DNA of 64,000 bases from Paraspadella gotoi. Its lineage: Eukaryota > Animalia > Chaetognatha. The stretch lies in contig CM119271.1 in NCBI GenBank assembly GCA_051294375.1, positions 3,007,061 through 3,071,060 of the forward strand. Reading direction: 5' to 3'. This document shows, piece by piece, positions 63,326 to 64,000 of the stretch. Every line of letters begins with the position of its first letter. Positions within the stretch are counted from its first letter, which is position 1. A program made the position numbers and the translations under genes. The notes beneath the pieces are model-generated. The model did no database searches. It was not told where the DNA came from and saw only the letters and a program-made list of their open reading frames with translations.

Positions 63326-63699
63326 AGGTGGTGGACCAGTGATATGTAGATTTTGGTTTTACCTTTGATTCCGTTTTCTTTCTGAATAAATTTATTTTCG
63401 TACGTCCTTTGTTTCGTATCTTTTATTTAAATATTCTCTTCCAATATTGTGCCAATTTGTAATAATGTATTAAATTGATTCCTTTAGTAATGGACTTGGG
63501 CACATATTAGGACTTGTAAATAAGTTTCAGCTCTATCGATTAACAAACAACAAATTTAAATTATAAAAACAAAAAAAAACAAACAAACAAAAAAAATTAA
63601 CATGAAGATACTTTTTTCTCAACAAAATCCGTCGGAAACTAATCAAGCAATTCCAGCGACTTTCGCCAATTTCGGAAATCAATTAAATTTTTTCAAATT

Positions 63700-64000
63700 G
63701 CACCAACAACAACAACCGACGTCTCGATCCTCGGAGCGACCTCCAACGAGGCCGCGAGTTTTGATAGAAGATCACACGGATTCCCCGACCGACCTTTCGA
63801 CGACCGTGTCGGCCGAGATTCGGGAGGAGCGATACCAAGTGAAGACGGAAGCCACAATGCCGACAAGCACAGTAGTGGCCGTCCGGCATCAGTCGCCGCC
63901 GCTCGAAGCATCCAAGATATCGTCGTCCACGGCGACGGCAAAGAGCTCGGTTCCTCCCCTACCGCATAAAAAGATCATCATGGGGAAGATCGAGCACGGA
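63700..64000. other. GC-rich probable exon running off the window edge; strand and product unresolved
   Basis: Exon-like composition; one + frame stays open to the window end (..EERYQVKTEATMPTSTVV..KKIIMGKIEHG). Confidence 0.3.

Overview
Eukaryotic, most likely invertebrate animal, draft-assembly window. It has AT-rich introns with GT-AG splice sites, GC/CpG-rich exons, many microsatellites, N gaps and several noisy near-duplicates that look like assembly artefacts. Genes reconstructed by reading splice sites, in order: first exon of a short-chain dehydrogenase; two tandem copies of a membrane-anchored LicD-family + HtrL/YibB-family fusion gene (one copy has a large in-frame deletion); two kyphoscoliosis-peptidase/hillarin-like transglutaminase-fold genes flanking an SLC22 transporter; an intronless HHxxxDG acyltransferase; a 53BP1-like tandem-BRCT gene with no visible Tudor domain; two tightly linked small genes encoding short-repeat proteins I do not recognise; and MARCH5. 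RNA and mobile features: a tRNA-Ile(AAT) cluster; an intronic tRNA-Ser(CGA); a complete ~650-bp miniature LTR retrotransposon (TRIM) with a tRNA-like cassette in its LTRs, plus solo LTRs; a truncated Penelope-like element with a minimal hammerhead ribozyme; a second hammerhead apparently split by an inversion; MITE-like and Helentron-like elements. All family assignments come from motif recognition only; no database searches were run.
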